The notes under the pieces were generated by a model, which worked only from the letters and a program-made list of their open reading frames with translations, searched no databases and was not told the DNA's origin. A stretch of 63,358 bases of DNA, the filler included, from Folioceros fuciformis (lineage: Eukaryota): the NCBI GenBank assembly GCA_049999805.1. It is 13 parts of 13 records of this genome, joined end to end, with 100 filler letters (N's around TTAATTAATTAA, not from the genome) between each part and the next. Parts side by side here need not be neighbours in the genome. Positions count along the whole stretch, not along the records: positions 19,509 to 27,244 come from JBNGIO010005666.1; positions 27,345 to 30,784 come from JBNGIO010005668.1; positions 30,885 to 34,267 come from JBNGIO010005669.1; positions 34,368 to 37,938 come from JBNGIO010005670.1; 9 more parts are not named here. One strand, 5' to 3'. The position numbers and the translations under genes were made by a program. Shown piece after piece: positions 25,617 to 37,300 of the stretch. Within the stretch, counting starts at the first letter, position 1; each line of letters starts with the position of its first letter.

Positions 25617-25925
25617 GTGATCACGTGGGCACCCTCTCAGCCTGAACTAATGGTGGTAGAGCTGTTTGGGGGTATCTGCACTGGGCTAGAGGCTTTGCTG
25701 CTGACGGGGCTCACTATCCGGCGCTATGTCTATTGTGACAAGGACCCAATAGCCAAGAACATTGTAGCCTTCAGACTGCTTGGGCTGCAACAGCACTTTC
25801 CACAGCAACTACCCCAAGAGGCCACTCAGAGCATTTTTACGGCCTGGCCACAGGATGTGCAGTACATCCAACAGGCCCACATCCATGCTTTGGGACCTGT
25901 GGACATGGTCATCGCTGGCTGGGAA
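25617..25925 (+). pseudogene. DNMT3-like cytosine-5 DNA methyltransferase, N-terminal half of catalytic domain (motifs I-IV), truncated by insertion
   Basis: VVELFGGICTGLEALLLTGLTIRRYVYCD parallels DNMT3A [53 protein letters not shown] parallels [26 protein letters not shown]. DNMT3A sequence recalled from memory and aligned by eye. Confidence 0.88.
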
Positions 25926-26134
25926 AGTTAGAATTGCTAACGCAGAAGCAGATGCATTGAAAATTATCTATTAGCAAATTAATTAGGTGGATACAAAGGT
26001 AGCCCTTAAGTAGTAGTTTACGAAGGGGTGTGCCCTTTGACTAACCTGCAAGTTAACTAACTACACTTATAACTATACCTAGTTAGGCTAACCAACGTAA
26101 TACAGAACCACGTGGTCTGCCTTATATTCCAACT
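25926..26134 (-). repeat. 3' LTR (209 bp) with AG...CT termini
   Basis: Inverted termini AGTTAGAAT / ATTCCAACT, bounded by the PPT and the DNMT break. Confidence 0.75.
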
Positions 26135-27244
26135 CTCCCTCTCAGACACGTGCTGATTGCTGTTAGAAGAGAGCTCCTAAGTACAAATGGAGATCACTGC
26201 TGTTGACGCCAAGCTTTAAACATCTTCAAAATGGCTATCACCTGAGTCTGTAGTCTATAGGATCTCACAAAGTAGAACACCACTCCAGTGACCAGAAGAG
26301 AAGCATGCCAATTGCTTCATATCATCAACCTAAGTGACGGAATATTTGTGTAGTGAAAGGTCCTACCAAATAAGTGATTTGTCTAGTGTCATGTATCTAC
26401 TACAATCCACCAAACCAAGCCCTTCTCTGTGAAAACAGTGTTTGAACTTAGGCAAGGACTTGGTCAGGACATCTGCTGTGTTGTCGTCGGTAGGTATATA
26501 TTGAACCTTGACGATACTTCTCTTAGCAGCATCCCTAATATAATGATGTTGAATTTCTATATGCTTGGTGCGTGCATGGAAGACGAGTTAGCAACCAAAG
26601 AAAATGCTGACATGTTGTCACAATGCAAGACTGTTGGCCCTTCTTGCTTCATACCCAAGTCTTCACAAAGCTTCCTTTCCCACTCAGCCTCCTTAGTGGC
26701 TTCGGTGAGTGCCTTGTACTCAGACTTTGTGGAAGACAGGAGATGGCTGCTTGTTTTCTACATGACTAGTTAACTACAGAGGAGTTGGCCAGAGAACAAT
26801 AAGCTGATATACTTTTTCGGGTGTTTTCATCGGAAGCCCAATTTGCATCTACATAACAAGTTAGCCGCAGATGCTTCTTCCCGCTTGGCATATAGCAAAG
26901 GCCATAATTAGGTGTACCCTTAAGGTACCTCATAATTCGCTTGATACCAACCTAATGATCCTTTCCTGGGTTTCCAATGAATTGGGCAATAGCATTGACT
27001 ATGTTGGATATATCGGGTCTTGTCTGACTACTCATGAACATGAGGGTGCCAACTGCCATGTGATAAGGAATATCCTCCATCTCCTTCTTGTCTTCTTCAG
27101 ATTGGGGACATGAGGCAGATGAGAGCTTGACTCCACACGCACCTGGGGTGGTTGACGCCCTAGCATTCTCCATGTTGAAGCGTTTGAGCATACCGGCTAC
27201 ATATCTACCTTGGTGAAGATAGATAGCACTTGTGGTATCCCTAT
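25926..27244 (-). mobile_element. Ty1/Copia 3' part (RT end, RH, PPT, 3' LTR) inserted into the DNMT
   Basis: PYHMAVGTLMF..TRPDI and RNase H remnants. PPT CTGAGAGGGAG (minus strand, 26135-26145) followed by a 209-bp LTR at 25926-26134. Confidence 0.9.
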
Positions 27245-27344
27245 NNNNNNNNNNNNNNNNNNNNNNNNNNNNNNNNNNNNNNNNNNNNTTAATTAATTAA
27301 NNNNNNNNNNNNNNNNNNNNNNNNNNNNNNNNNNNNNNNNNNNN

Positions 27345-30300
27345 TGAACTATTGCAACTCCTCTTTCTGCCACATCTCTTATATAATGGTGATAAAGCTC
27401 AATGTGTTTTGTGCGTGCATGGAATCTGGGGTTGGCCACCAGTGCTATTGCAGACATATTGTCACAGTACAGCTGTGTAGCACCTGGCTGGGTCATGTGG
27501 ACAGAGTTGAGAAACTGCCTTTCCCACTCCAACTCCTTACATGCATCAGTCAAAGCTTTGTACTCAGCTTCTGTGGATGAAAGTGCTAAAGACGTTTGCT
27601 TTTTACATGACCAGTTAACAGCCCTAGAAGCAAGAAGGCACACATAGGCAGAGAGGCTGCGACGAGTATCTGAGTCGGAAGCCCAATCTGCGTCTGCAAA
27701 AGCTGTAAGTAGGAAGTCTCAATTTCCACTGGAAGTATAATGCAAGCCATAGGTTATGGTGCCCTTTAAATAACGATAGATATGCTTGACAGCTGCCCAG
27801 TGTGGAGGCCCAAGGTTCTTCAGAAATTGAGCAACAACACTAACAGCAAATCTGATGTCTGGATGGGTCCAATTGGCCAGAAAAATCAGGCACCCAACAA
27901 CTTCAGCATATGGAACACTAGACATATGATCTTCCTCCTCTGCTGTGCAAGGTGATTGATCGGCTGTGAGCTTCTCACCAACGACATAAGGAGTAGACAC
28001 AGGACGAGCCTCATGTAATTGAAAGCGTTTTAAGATCTCCTTAAGATACTTGGTTTGATGTAAGATAACAGTGCCCTAACTTCTGTCCCACAAAATCTGT
28101 ATGCCCAGACAGAACTGAAGAGGGCCTTGATCTGTCATTTCAAACTCGCTGCGAAGGAGGGCCTTAACCTTGTTGAGCTGGACCAAACTGTTGCTCAGAA
28201 GTATGGCATCATCAACATAAAGGGCCAGCACTACGAACAAGCCTCCCTCAGATAAGTAAAAGACATTACTGTCACCAGGAGACTGCAGAAAGCCTGACTT
28301 CATAAGGAACTTCATAATACGCTTGAACCATGCTCGTGGGCTTTGCTTCAAGCCATATATTGTCTTAAGCAATTTACAAACCTTGTTGGGCCACTGCTTG
28401 CTAACGAAGCCCTCGGGCTGCTCCATGTACAGAACCTCCTCTAGTTCACCATGAAGAAATGTTGTACAGACATCCATCTGGTGAAGTTCTAAGTCGAGTT
28501 CTGCTGCCAGGGCAAGAAGGATGCAAACTGAAGGAGGTTTCACAACTGGTGAAAAGGTGTCACCGTAGTCGATGCCAGGTATCTGTGAGAACCCCCTCGC
28601 AACAAGACTGCTCTTGTAACGAGCTATTGTTCCATCCGCTTTTAACTTGGTTTTAAATACCCACTTGCAGGTAATAGGCTTCCTGCCTGGCAAGAGATCA
28701 ACAAGTTCCCAGGTGTGATTCTTGATAAGGCTGTTGTACTCATCATCAATAGAGATACGCCAATGAGCACCATTAGGCCCATTCAAGGCTTCGTCATAAG
28801 ACTGAGGATCAGGCCTTACGTCAGGAACATGTAGGTCAGTAACATGAGCTGCTGGCCTTCTAAAGTCGATTGATTGGTAAGGAGCCTCCACCCACTGATC
28901 TCTTGGCCTCCTTTCTCGTGTAGGGTATCGAGGTGAATCAGGAGCCTGGACTGCTGGAAGGTCAGCAGGTGCTTCCTGCTGAACATCATCATCACTGAGA
29001 GCACCAGCTGACCCAGCATCATGATCCGAGAAGAAACCAAGGTCATCATCAGTCACCTCCTCTGCGGGGTCAACAGCAATTGCATCCTGAACAGGTGGAG
29101 CATCCCCCTCGTACGCAGCATCAGCTGGCAGGGAATCACCTGGAACATCATGTGCAGGATGAACAGGAGGCTGCTGGCCTAACATGTCATCTACACCAGC
29201 ACGATCTGTGGAGGTGGGAGCCTCACCATCAGATCGTGGATAATCAGATAAGTTCCCCACGACATCTGGAGTTGCATCTCTGTCTGGATGTATAAGTGGG
29301 TTAGGTGACAGTGCAGTCTGGGGACTGTGCAGCTCATCAAATGTGACGCTACGTGCCAGGGTTATCTTAGATGTTTCAGGATCAAGTAGCTTGTAGGCTT
29401 TTGACTCTTCTGAGTAACCTACAAACACTAAACGCTTGGCCTTGTTTTCTAACTTATTGCGTTTGACTTCAGATATGTACGCATATGCAGGAGACCCAAA
29501 AATACGTAAGTGCTTCAAACTAGGCTTTCTACCCCAAAATGCTTCATAGGGAGTTTTGTTAGGTACAGCTGATGTGACCAAACGATTGTGTATGTAGGTA
29601 GCAGCCACCACTGCCTCTGCCCAAAAAGACTTTGGCAAAGAGGCCCAAGACAACATGCTCCTAGTCATTCCCATCAACGTCTGGTTCTTCCGTTCAGCAA
29701 CTCCATTCTACTGCTGCGTATAAGGAACAGAGAGCTGCCTTGTGATTCCATACTGCTCAAAGAGATCATCAAGGTTATGACCTGTAAACTCCCCTCCGTT
29801 ATCGGTTCTAAAACACTTGAACAACTTTTAGTCTGTCTTTGAACCATGGGGATCCATTTGGAGATCTGTTCATAGACATCACTCTTCAGCTTGAGCGGAA
29901 AGGTCCAAGTGTATCTGGAGTAGTCATCAGTCAAGGACAGATAATATTCAGCGCCACCCAAGCTCTTAACAGGTAACTTTCCTGCTATGTTTGCATGTAT
30001 AAGCTCCAGAATTTCTTTAGCACGTGTTGGCTCTTTATTTCTGAAGGGCAGCTTCTTTTGTTTTGACCGAATGCAAGGAGCACATGTCGACAAATGCTTG
30101 AAACAGCTAGGCAACTTTTCTCGATAGAAGTTTGAGCTGGACATGAGGTCTAACTTAGATCTGTTCACATGCCCAAGCCTAGCATGACAAAGGTTAGCCT
30201 GAACATTAAAAGCAGCAAATAGCGCTCTAGCCTTGGACTTAGCAACTATAACTAGTTGATACAAGTCATTTACTAGAATGGCCTTTGCTATGTGCTTATC

Positions 30301-30784
30301 AGGGTGTGACAGGTGATACATATAGCATTTGTTGTCCTCAAAATGGAACCCATACAACTTACTTTGTGCAATGGCTCTTATGGACAACAGATTTTTATTC
30401 ATGGCTGGAACATACAACACATCTTCCAGATGCAAGGTGCTGCTGTCTAACAAAGGTATGTTAACGACACCCACCCCTTTTACCTCAACACCACAAGAGT
30501 CGCCAACAAACACCGATTGTGGCATTGTCCGTTTATGACATGTTGAGAAGAGCTGACGATTATTGCACACATGCGTAGTAGCTCTAGAATCAAGAAACCA
30601 ATGGTTCGAGTGCTCACGATAAGAGGTAAGACAAACAGTTAGAACTGAACTGCTGCTCTTGTGTGCTGTGTTTGTATGCTGACCAGCCTTAGCTGCCACG
30701 TGAGCTTCAGGTTTGGATTCCCGCTTCGGCTCACCCCGTTTCTTCTTCCGGCAGTCCCTTTCCCAGTGACCCGGAATACCACAC
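27345..30784 (-). mobile_element. pol: Ty1/Copia gag-pol fragment (knuckle, PR, IN, RT, RH), decayed
   Basis: PGHWERDCRKKK, WFLDSRATTH, HARLGH, YKSSLVARGF, LYVDD, HARTKHIEL. Confidence 0.95.
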
Positions 30785-30884
30785 NNNNNNNNNNNNNNNN
30801 NNNNNNNNNNNNNNNNNNNNNNNNNNNNTTAATTAATTAANNNNNNNNNNNNNNNNNNNNNNNNNNNNNNNNNNNNNNNNNNNN

Positions 30885-33060
30885 AGGCAACCTGGTAGCT
30901 GGCGGGTGGGTGACCTAGTAGGCACGGCGTCGGGATCCAGGCAGCCAGGGCTGGCTGGCCAGGATCGCGAGGGGGCTAGCTAGGGGCTACAACAAGCGGC
31001 CCCGTGAGCGGGCTGCTTGGCCAGATCCAGGAGAGCGGGCAGGCACCCTTGCGGCGCGGGCAGCGCCCGACCAGCAGCAGGAGCAGGCCGGCGGGCTGAG
31101 GGGAATCCTGGCCAGGGAGGATCTGCAGGCTGGTAGACGGAACCGGCAGGGCCAGATCCCGAAGCCATGCAGGTTGGCCGGGCTGGCTGGGGCTAGTCCA
31201 GCCCAACGCAGTCAGGCCGAGCATGTGGGTGGCCTAAGCGAATTGGCTAGGAGGGCGGTGTGTGGCCTTGCTGGTAGGCGGATCCAGCCAGGCAGCCAGG
31301 TAGCCACCTGGCCGGGGAAGGCAGGCCTGGCTGCCAAGACAGATAGATAGAGGGCCGGCCTGGCTGCAGCTAGAGGCAAGGCTAGACAGCCTGAGGCAGC
31401 GTTGGATCGTAGCTAGACGGGCCTTGGGCTAATTTAGGCCGTGCTGGCCAGCAAGGGAGGCTCAGGCCGCCGACAGGCTAGCAGGGAAGCTGGCTGTCGG
31501 GGCGGCTGGCCGCAGCTATTGGCTGGTGGCGGGCTGGTAGGAAGAACCTAGCAGCAGGTAGGCGGCCTGGCTGGAGGTGGCAGCTGAGAAGCCTAGACCG
31601 GTAGGCGGCCAGCCAGAGCGAGATCCAGGCCAGGCCCGGCTGCTGGAGATCAGGTAGGCTGGCGGGCGATGGCAGCTGCAGGCAGGCATCAGACAGCCGG
31701 TAGTGGCTAGCAGGGCCGATGGCTGGGGGATTCAACGGGCTAACGGGCCGGATTCGAAGGCCAGCAGCGGCCCAGCTGCTTGTGGCTGGTCTGGGTGGAT
31801 CCGGGTAGCCAGGTCGACTGGTTGGACCCTGGCCAGACAGCGACCTGGCTGAATCGAGGCATGGCAGGCCAAGAAGGCTGGCGGCTGGTAGGCAGGGGGG
31901 TGGCCGACATGCGGGCAAGAGAATGGAAGGTAGGCAGGCCAGGGTGGATACAAGCAGCCGGGAGGGGTCTAAGGTAGGCAGGCGGGTGCCAACGTCAAGA
32001 CCGGGGCGAATCAGGTGGACCAGATCCAAGCGGTTGGTTGGCTGCCAGGCGAGCAAGCAAGCGCCCTGGCCTAATCGCCACGGTAGGCGAACCCAGGCAG
32101 GCAGGTGGCTTGGCCTGATCGCCAAGGCAAGCAAGCAGGTTGGTTGGATCGTCATGGCAAGGTTGGATCTCGAAGTCAGGCAGCCGCCTAGCGGCTGGCT
32201 GGGGAGAGTCCGCATTGGGGGGAAGGACGGATGGTTAGCAGGGGGTAATCATGGATGGCCGACCCGAGCAGGTAGTTCGGCTAACGGCTTGGTGGGCTGG
32301 CAGGCCGGATCGAAACCGTTGCAAGGGATGCGCAACCTGGTAGCAGGCTGGATCACGGCCAGGCCAACCCGGCAGGGAGCATGGCAGTACCTCGCGACAC
32401 GGATAGGCTGATGAAATCCAGCAGGTAGGAGGTCGGCTAGCAGGCGGGTTGCCCGCGAAATCCAGGCAAGTAGGTGGAGCCAAGACGTGCAGAATCGTGC
32501 TTAACGAAATTGAGGCAGGCAGGAGGCAATCTGGGGCGGTCGAGTCCTCCAAGCGGATCAGAGGTGGGCGCTAGCGTCCAGGCGCCCGACGCTCCAAGTG
32601 AGTCTGTGGTGGATCAAGGAAGGTGGATTGGCCAAATGAGAAAGGGCCAGGCACGAGATCCAAGCAGGTGGCCCTTTCTCAAGGGGTTGAGCCAAGAGGG
32701 GCAATTGGGAGGAGGTTCGTGGCTCCAGGGAAAGAGGCATCAATGTTGCTATGGGCCTTTGGAGCAGTCAACCTGGGTAGCACCGAATGCCTCGTGAACC
32801 ATGTATGGCTACTTCTGCAACTAGATTGGGACCAGAGCAACGCACCTCCCCTACGGGTAGCCAGAGGACATAACTAACATTTGGCTGTCCGCCGATGAGC
32901 AGCGTTGCTCGCAGGCGGAAGATCTGAATACAGACGTACTACTCACAGATGGAGAGCCAGATGGTGGGAACAAGGCTGCTCCTCAAGGGCATCAGACGGG
33001 TAACTGGGCTGGACCATGGGGCCTCCTTGGCCAGCAGGATGGGGAGTAGACGATAAGAGG
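30885..33060. repeat. GC-rich, G-skewed low-complexity block (GGCTGG/GGCAGG/GGATCC motifs)
   Basis: Same motif vocabulary as 42520-44567; runs into the LTR-like repeat at about 33070. Confidence 0.7.
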
Positions 33061-33069
33061 AAGGTGGAG

Positions 33070-34267
33070 GCTTGAAGGGTTGCAAGATTATTCGTGGGAA
33101 AGGGAGGATCTGAGGGAGGAGAGGAGAGTGTTGAGGAGCACTCTGGATTCTTGCTAGTTGTGAGAGGCTGACAATGTTGGATAGAGGGCAACCAGTGGTG
33201 TCCAAGGGGGTAACGGGCAATTAGGTGCAGGTTAGAGTTAGGCTTGGGTTAAGTTGCGATCAAAACTAGGCCTGACTATATTTAGGTCTGTTTAGTTTTA
33301 GGTCAGACCTAGGCTAGGTTTAGGTCAGGCCTGGATTAGGTCTAGGTCAGGCCTAGATTAGGTCTAGGTCAGGCCTAGATTAGGTCTAGGTCAGGCCTAG
33401 ATTAGGTCTAGGTCAGGCCTAGATTAGGTCTAGGTCAGACCTAGGTTAGGTTTAGGTCAGAACTGGATGTAGGATGGTTTAAGTCAGAGAGAGAGATGGT
33501 TAGGTAGTTGACTCAAGTTAACCCTAGTAGACAGAGAGGAGGGCTAGGCAGTACAAGAGGGGAGGCCTGCCATTGAGAGGAGGGGGGTCTACAGTGTGAT
33601 GTCCCCGGACCTTGTGTGCGGAACTCCTGGCTTAGGGCGCTGAGCCGGTTGAGACCGAACCGAGGTCCTGATTCCCCTTGCCACTAGGGGAACGTGGAGA
33701 TCCCAAGACTGTCAAAGATCTGTGTGGCCGGATCCGCAAGGGCTGAATGATTTGCAGGCTGGCTAAAGTGAAGGAATAGGACCGTGAGCTGGAGGGCTAT
33801 CCAGTCCTAGTGTCCACACTATGCTTGGAGGCTGTAGGGAGTGAAGCCATTGTGTCCCAATTTCCAGGAGCGGCTGAAGAAAAGAGAGGAAGAGTTGGAG
33901 TGAAATGCATAGAAGTGAAGAGTGAGCTGCTGAAGTGCAGGAATGTGTGTTGAAGTAGAGGGTGGAGGACTGAAGTAAAGAGGGAGGGACTGAAGTGGGA
34001 ATTTTTAAGAGCTGAGGTGAAGGAGGAAGTGGCTGAAATGGGAATCAAGAAGAGCTGATGGACTGAAGAACAGGGGTGTGAGTTGGGCGAGCTGACTTAG
34101 GGGGTAGGTTAGGCTTCTAGCCTTTTTGTTGTGTGTGTATGGACAGGCCTATAGACCGGCTGATAGGTAGAAGTGTGATAGGTAGTGTTCCTTGGCACTA
34201 CTTCACTCCCTTGGGAGCGAACCATAGGACTGCAACGACAATAGGGGAATGTGTGGCCCCTTGGGTG
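33070..34267. repeat. Large LTR-like repeat, copy 1
   Basis: Collinear with 49268-50432, e.g. GAACTCCTGGCTTAGGGCGCTGAGC, CCCTTGCCACTAGGGGAACGTGGAG and CACTCCCTTGGGAGCGAA. Confidence 0.85.
33299..33460 (+). repeat. 22-bp minisatellite, about 7.4 units
   Basis: TAGGTCAGGCCTAGATTAGGTC, four identical central copies with divergent flanking ones. Confidence 0.95.
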
Positions 34268-34367
34268 NNNNNNNNNNNNNNNNNNNNNNNNNNNNNNNNN
34301 NNNNNNNNNNNTTAATTAATTAANNNNNNNNNNNNNNNNNNNNNNNNNNNNNNNNNNNNNNNNNNNN

Positions 34368-37300
34368 TACTGCTCTAAGAAAGGGCATATAGCCCCAGAA
34401 TGCAGAAAAAGGCAACGTGACAGAGCTGCTGGAATATTTAATTTCCAAGGGAGTACCCCTAGCACATCTGCCTTAGCCACAAGTTCCAAAAATACTTACC
34501 TCTTTACTGCCACCTCTGCCTTGGGTACCAGCTCCATACTCCCATATACTTGGCTCCTTGACTCTGGGGCCACTGAACATATGACACCAAGAAAGGATTG
34601 GTTTTCTAAATATTCTACTCTGGAAGTACCCCTACCTGTTCTCATGGGTGATGATTCTACTCATATGGCTGTGGGTCAGGGTACCATCCAAATACAAATA
34701 CAAGACCTCACTGCTCATGTTAGAAACGTCCTACATGTTCCTGGATTATCCAAAAACCTACTTTCTGTGAATCAAATCGTCAGTAACCCCAACTCCCAAG
34801 TTACCTTTAACCAGTATGGATGTCTGATCCATACAACTACCTCAGATGGCCACGCAAGATGTATACAGTGTCCTCATACAGGGGGATTGTTTCCATTGGG
34901 CATCGGGATTTCTACACCTGCCCAACCAACGAGTGTAAGCCTCACTGCCAATCTGAACCACAATCTATCTGCTAGACTCTGGCACCTACGACTCGCCCAC
35001 TTACACTTCCAAGGAATAAAACGTATGCAAGCTACACATATGGTCGAAGGTCTCCCTAAAAAATTTTCCAGTGATCTACCCTTATGTGAAGGTTGCTTGC
35101 TAGGCAAGCAGCATACTCAACCTTACCCTAGATCAGTGAGCACTACCACTAGTATTCTTGAACTCGTACATGCTGACTTGTGTGGCCCTATGCAAATAGA
35201 ATCCCTCACAAGCAAACTACACATGTTCGTCCTCTTGGACGATTTCAGTCATTACACATTTCTGTCCTTTCTACGGCACAAGTCAGAAGCCTTTGCCTCC
35301 TTCCAGATCTATAAAGCGTTAGTGGAAAACCAGACTGGGAAGCTCATCAAAATTCTTAGAACTGACAACGCAGGCGAACTTACTTCTCCTGCGTTAGAGG
35401 CCTATCTATCCACCCATGGTATTTTGCACCAAAAAATCGTGCCATATGCCCATGCCCAATTAGGCAAAGCGGAAAGAAGACATCGCTCTCTTATGGAGGC
35501 CACTAGGAGCTCTCTTGCCACAGCCGCTCTACCCAACGTCTTGTGGGCTGACGCTACGGCAACTGCTTGCTATGTACAAAACCGATGTGGCACCTCCACC
35601 CTACCAGACAAGACGCCTTGTGAAATCTGGACAGGTAGAAAGCCACAAGTCAGCCACCTTCGCATCTTTGGTTGTCCGGCTTACAAACATATTCCAACGG
35701 AAGGGCGTCGAAAATTAGATCACCGATCTGTGAGACTTACTTTCATTGGCTATGGCGAAAGTGACGGGGTGAAAGGTTACCGACTACTTGACAGAGCCAC
35801 TCGTAGGGTTACCTTGGGCAGAAATGTCATCTTTGATGAAGCAGCCCTCCTTTTCCCTTCAGGGGGTGCCCTAGATTCCGAGCGCATCTCTGCCCTGGAT
35901 TTTCTCCCTGCTACCACCCCGGCCCCTCTCGCTCTGGATCCCTCTCCATCTGCAGCCTTGGCACCACCCATGCCTCCGCTCCCACCACCGGCTGCTCCTA
36001 CCCCGGATGATGACCCCGGTCCGGATTGGCCCATGGATCCTCCCTTTGGTTCCATTCCGCCTTTACCCCCCGGCTGTTCCGCTATGACTTCACCGTTAGC
36101 CTCTACACAGGCGTTCCCTCCATTGCAGCTCACAGGGGGAGCGAGTAGCGAGACTGGTAGTGAAACCAATACACCTGATCTGCAATTCCCTTCACGCCAA
36201 CTTGCAACAGGAACGAATCAGGAGGACGCCCCTCTGGAGCGAAATACACCAGTTCCTAACCCCCCTCTCCGCAACTCTTCAAGGACCACAAAGGGAATTC
36301 CCGGCACCAAATTCCATGACTTGGAATTTCCCACAACACGCGGTTTAGCAGCTCATACGGCTGACCGACCTGACATAGTTCCAACCGATGAAGCCCTAGC
36401 TGGACCTAAAGCAGCAGCTTGGATAAAGGCCATGGATAGCGAATATCAATCCTTGGTCAACAACAACACATGGAGCCTTGTACCTTTACCCCCGGGACGC
36501 CATGCCGTGGGCAGCAAATGGGTATTACGCAAAAAGTACAATGCCGATGGCCAAGTCTCGAGACTGAAGGCCCGATTCGTTGCCCGGGGTTTCACTCAAA
36601 GGGATGGAATCGATTATTATGAAGACAGGGTATACACTCCAGTCGTGAAACTAACATCACTTCGCCTTATGTTAGCCTTGGCAGCTTTGCACAACCTTCA
36701 CGTTCATCAGCTGGACGTGCAAACTGCGTTCTTAAATGGAATACTCCAGGAAGAGATATAACTGCGTTCTTAAATGGAATACTCCAGGAAGAGATATAAC
36801 TGCGTTCTTAAATGGAATACTCCAGGAAGAGATATACATCCAACAGCCGAATGGGTACATTGCACCTGGCAAAGAACACTTGGTCTGTAAGCTTCACAAA
36901 ACCTTGTACGGCTTTAAACAATCTGGTAAGGAGTGGTACGAAGAATGTTACAGATCCCTCAGAAGGTTAGGATACACCAAGAGTAATGTGGACGCCAGTG
37001 TATTCATCAGAAACATAGATTCTCGAATGCTGATGATGGGCATCTATGTAGACGATGTTATTATGATATCCAATAATGAGAAATACTTGGCAGAATCTAA
37101 AGCTGAACTTATGCAGCAATTCTCTATGACAGACAACGGAATTATGCAGTTCTGCTTGGGTGTTCAAGTGAAGTATAACCCAACTCAAGAGAGCATTTTA
37201 CTACACCAGGAGCGCTACATTCTGGATGTACTTGATAAATTCAACATGTCAAACTGCAAACCTGCTGACACTCCAATGCAGACAGGTCCTCGACTTAGCA

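Larger units (their letters stand above)
21405..25925 (+). mobile_element. Probable Ty3/Gypsy-type LTR retrotransposon carrying a cytosine-5 DNA methyltransferase (gag-PR-DNMT), 3' truncated
   Basis: Starts TGTCGTGG at the break in a Copia gag. Gag motifs EKFSG and EGETV..F.RLQKL, two CCHC knuckles, a Gypsy-type protease, then DNMT motifs I-IV in the same frame. RT and IN are absent from the window, so the Gypsy call rests on gag and protease. Confidence 0.82.

Noticed and set aside
25926-30784. Treating the downstream RT/RH/IN as the pol of the DNMT element
   Set aside because: They are Copia-type, on the opposite strand, have their own LTR/PPT, and lie partly on a different contig.
31478-32411. 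Long ORFs (245 and 162 aa) in the GC-rich block as genes
   Set aside because: Low-complexity P/A/L or G/W/R translations are expected from stop-poor GC-rich repeats; no domain motifs.
33299-33460. CRISPR array or true telomere
   Set aside because: Units are contiguous with no spacers, there are no cas genes, and it is not a pure TTTAGGG/TTAGGG tract.
35777-36169. ORFs antisense to Copia pol (here and many others in the ORF track)
   Set aside because: Shadow frames of pol coding sequence.
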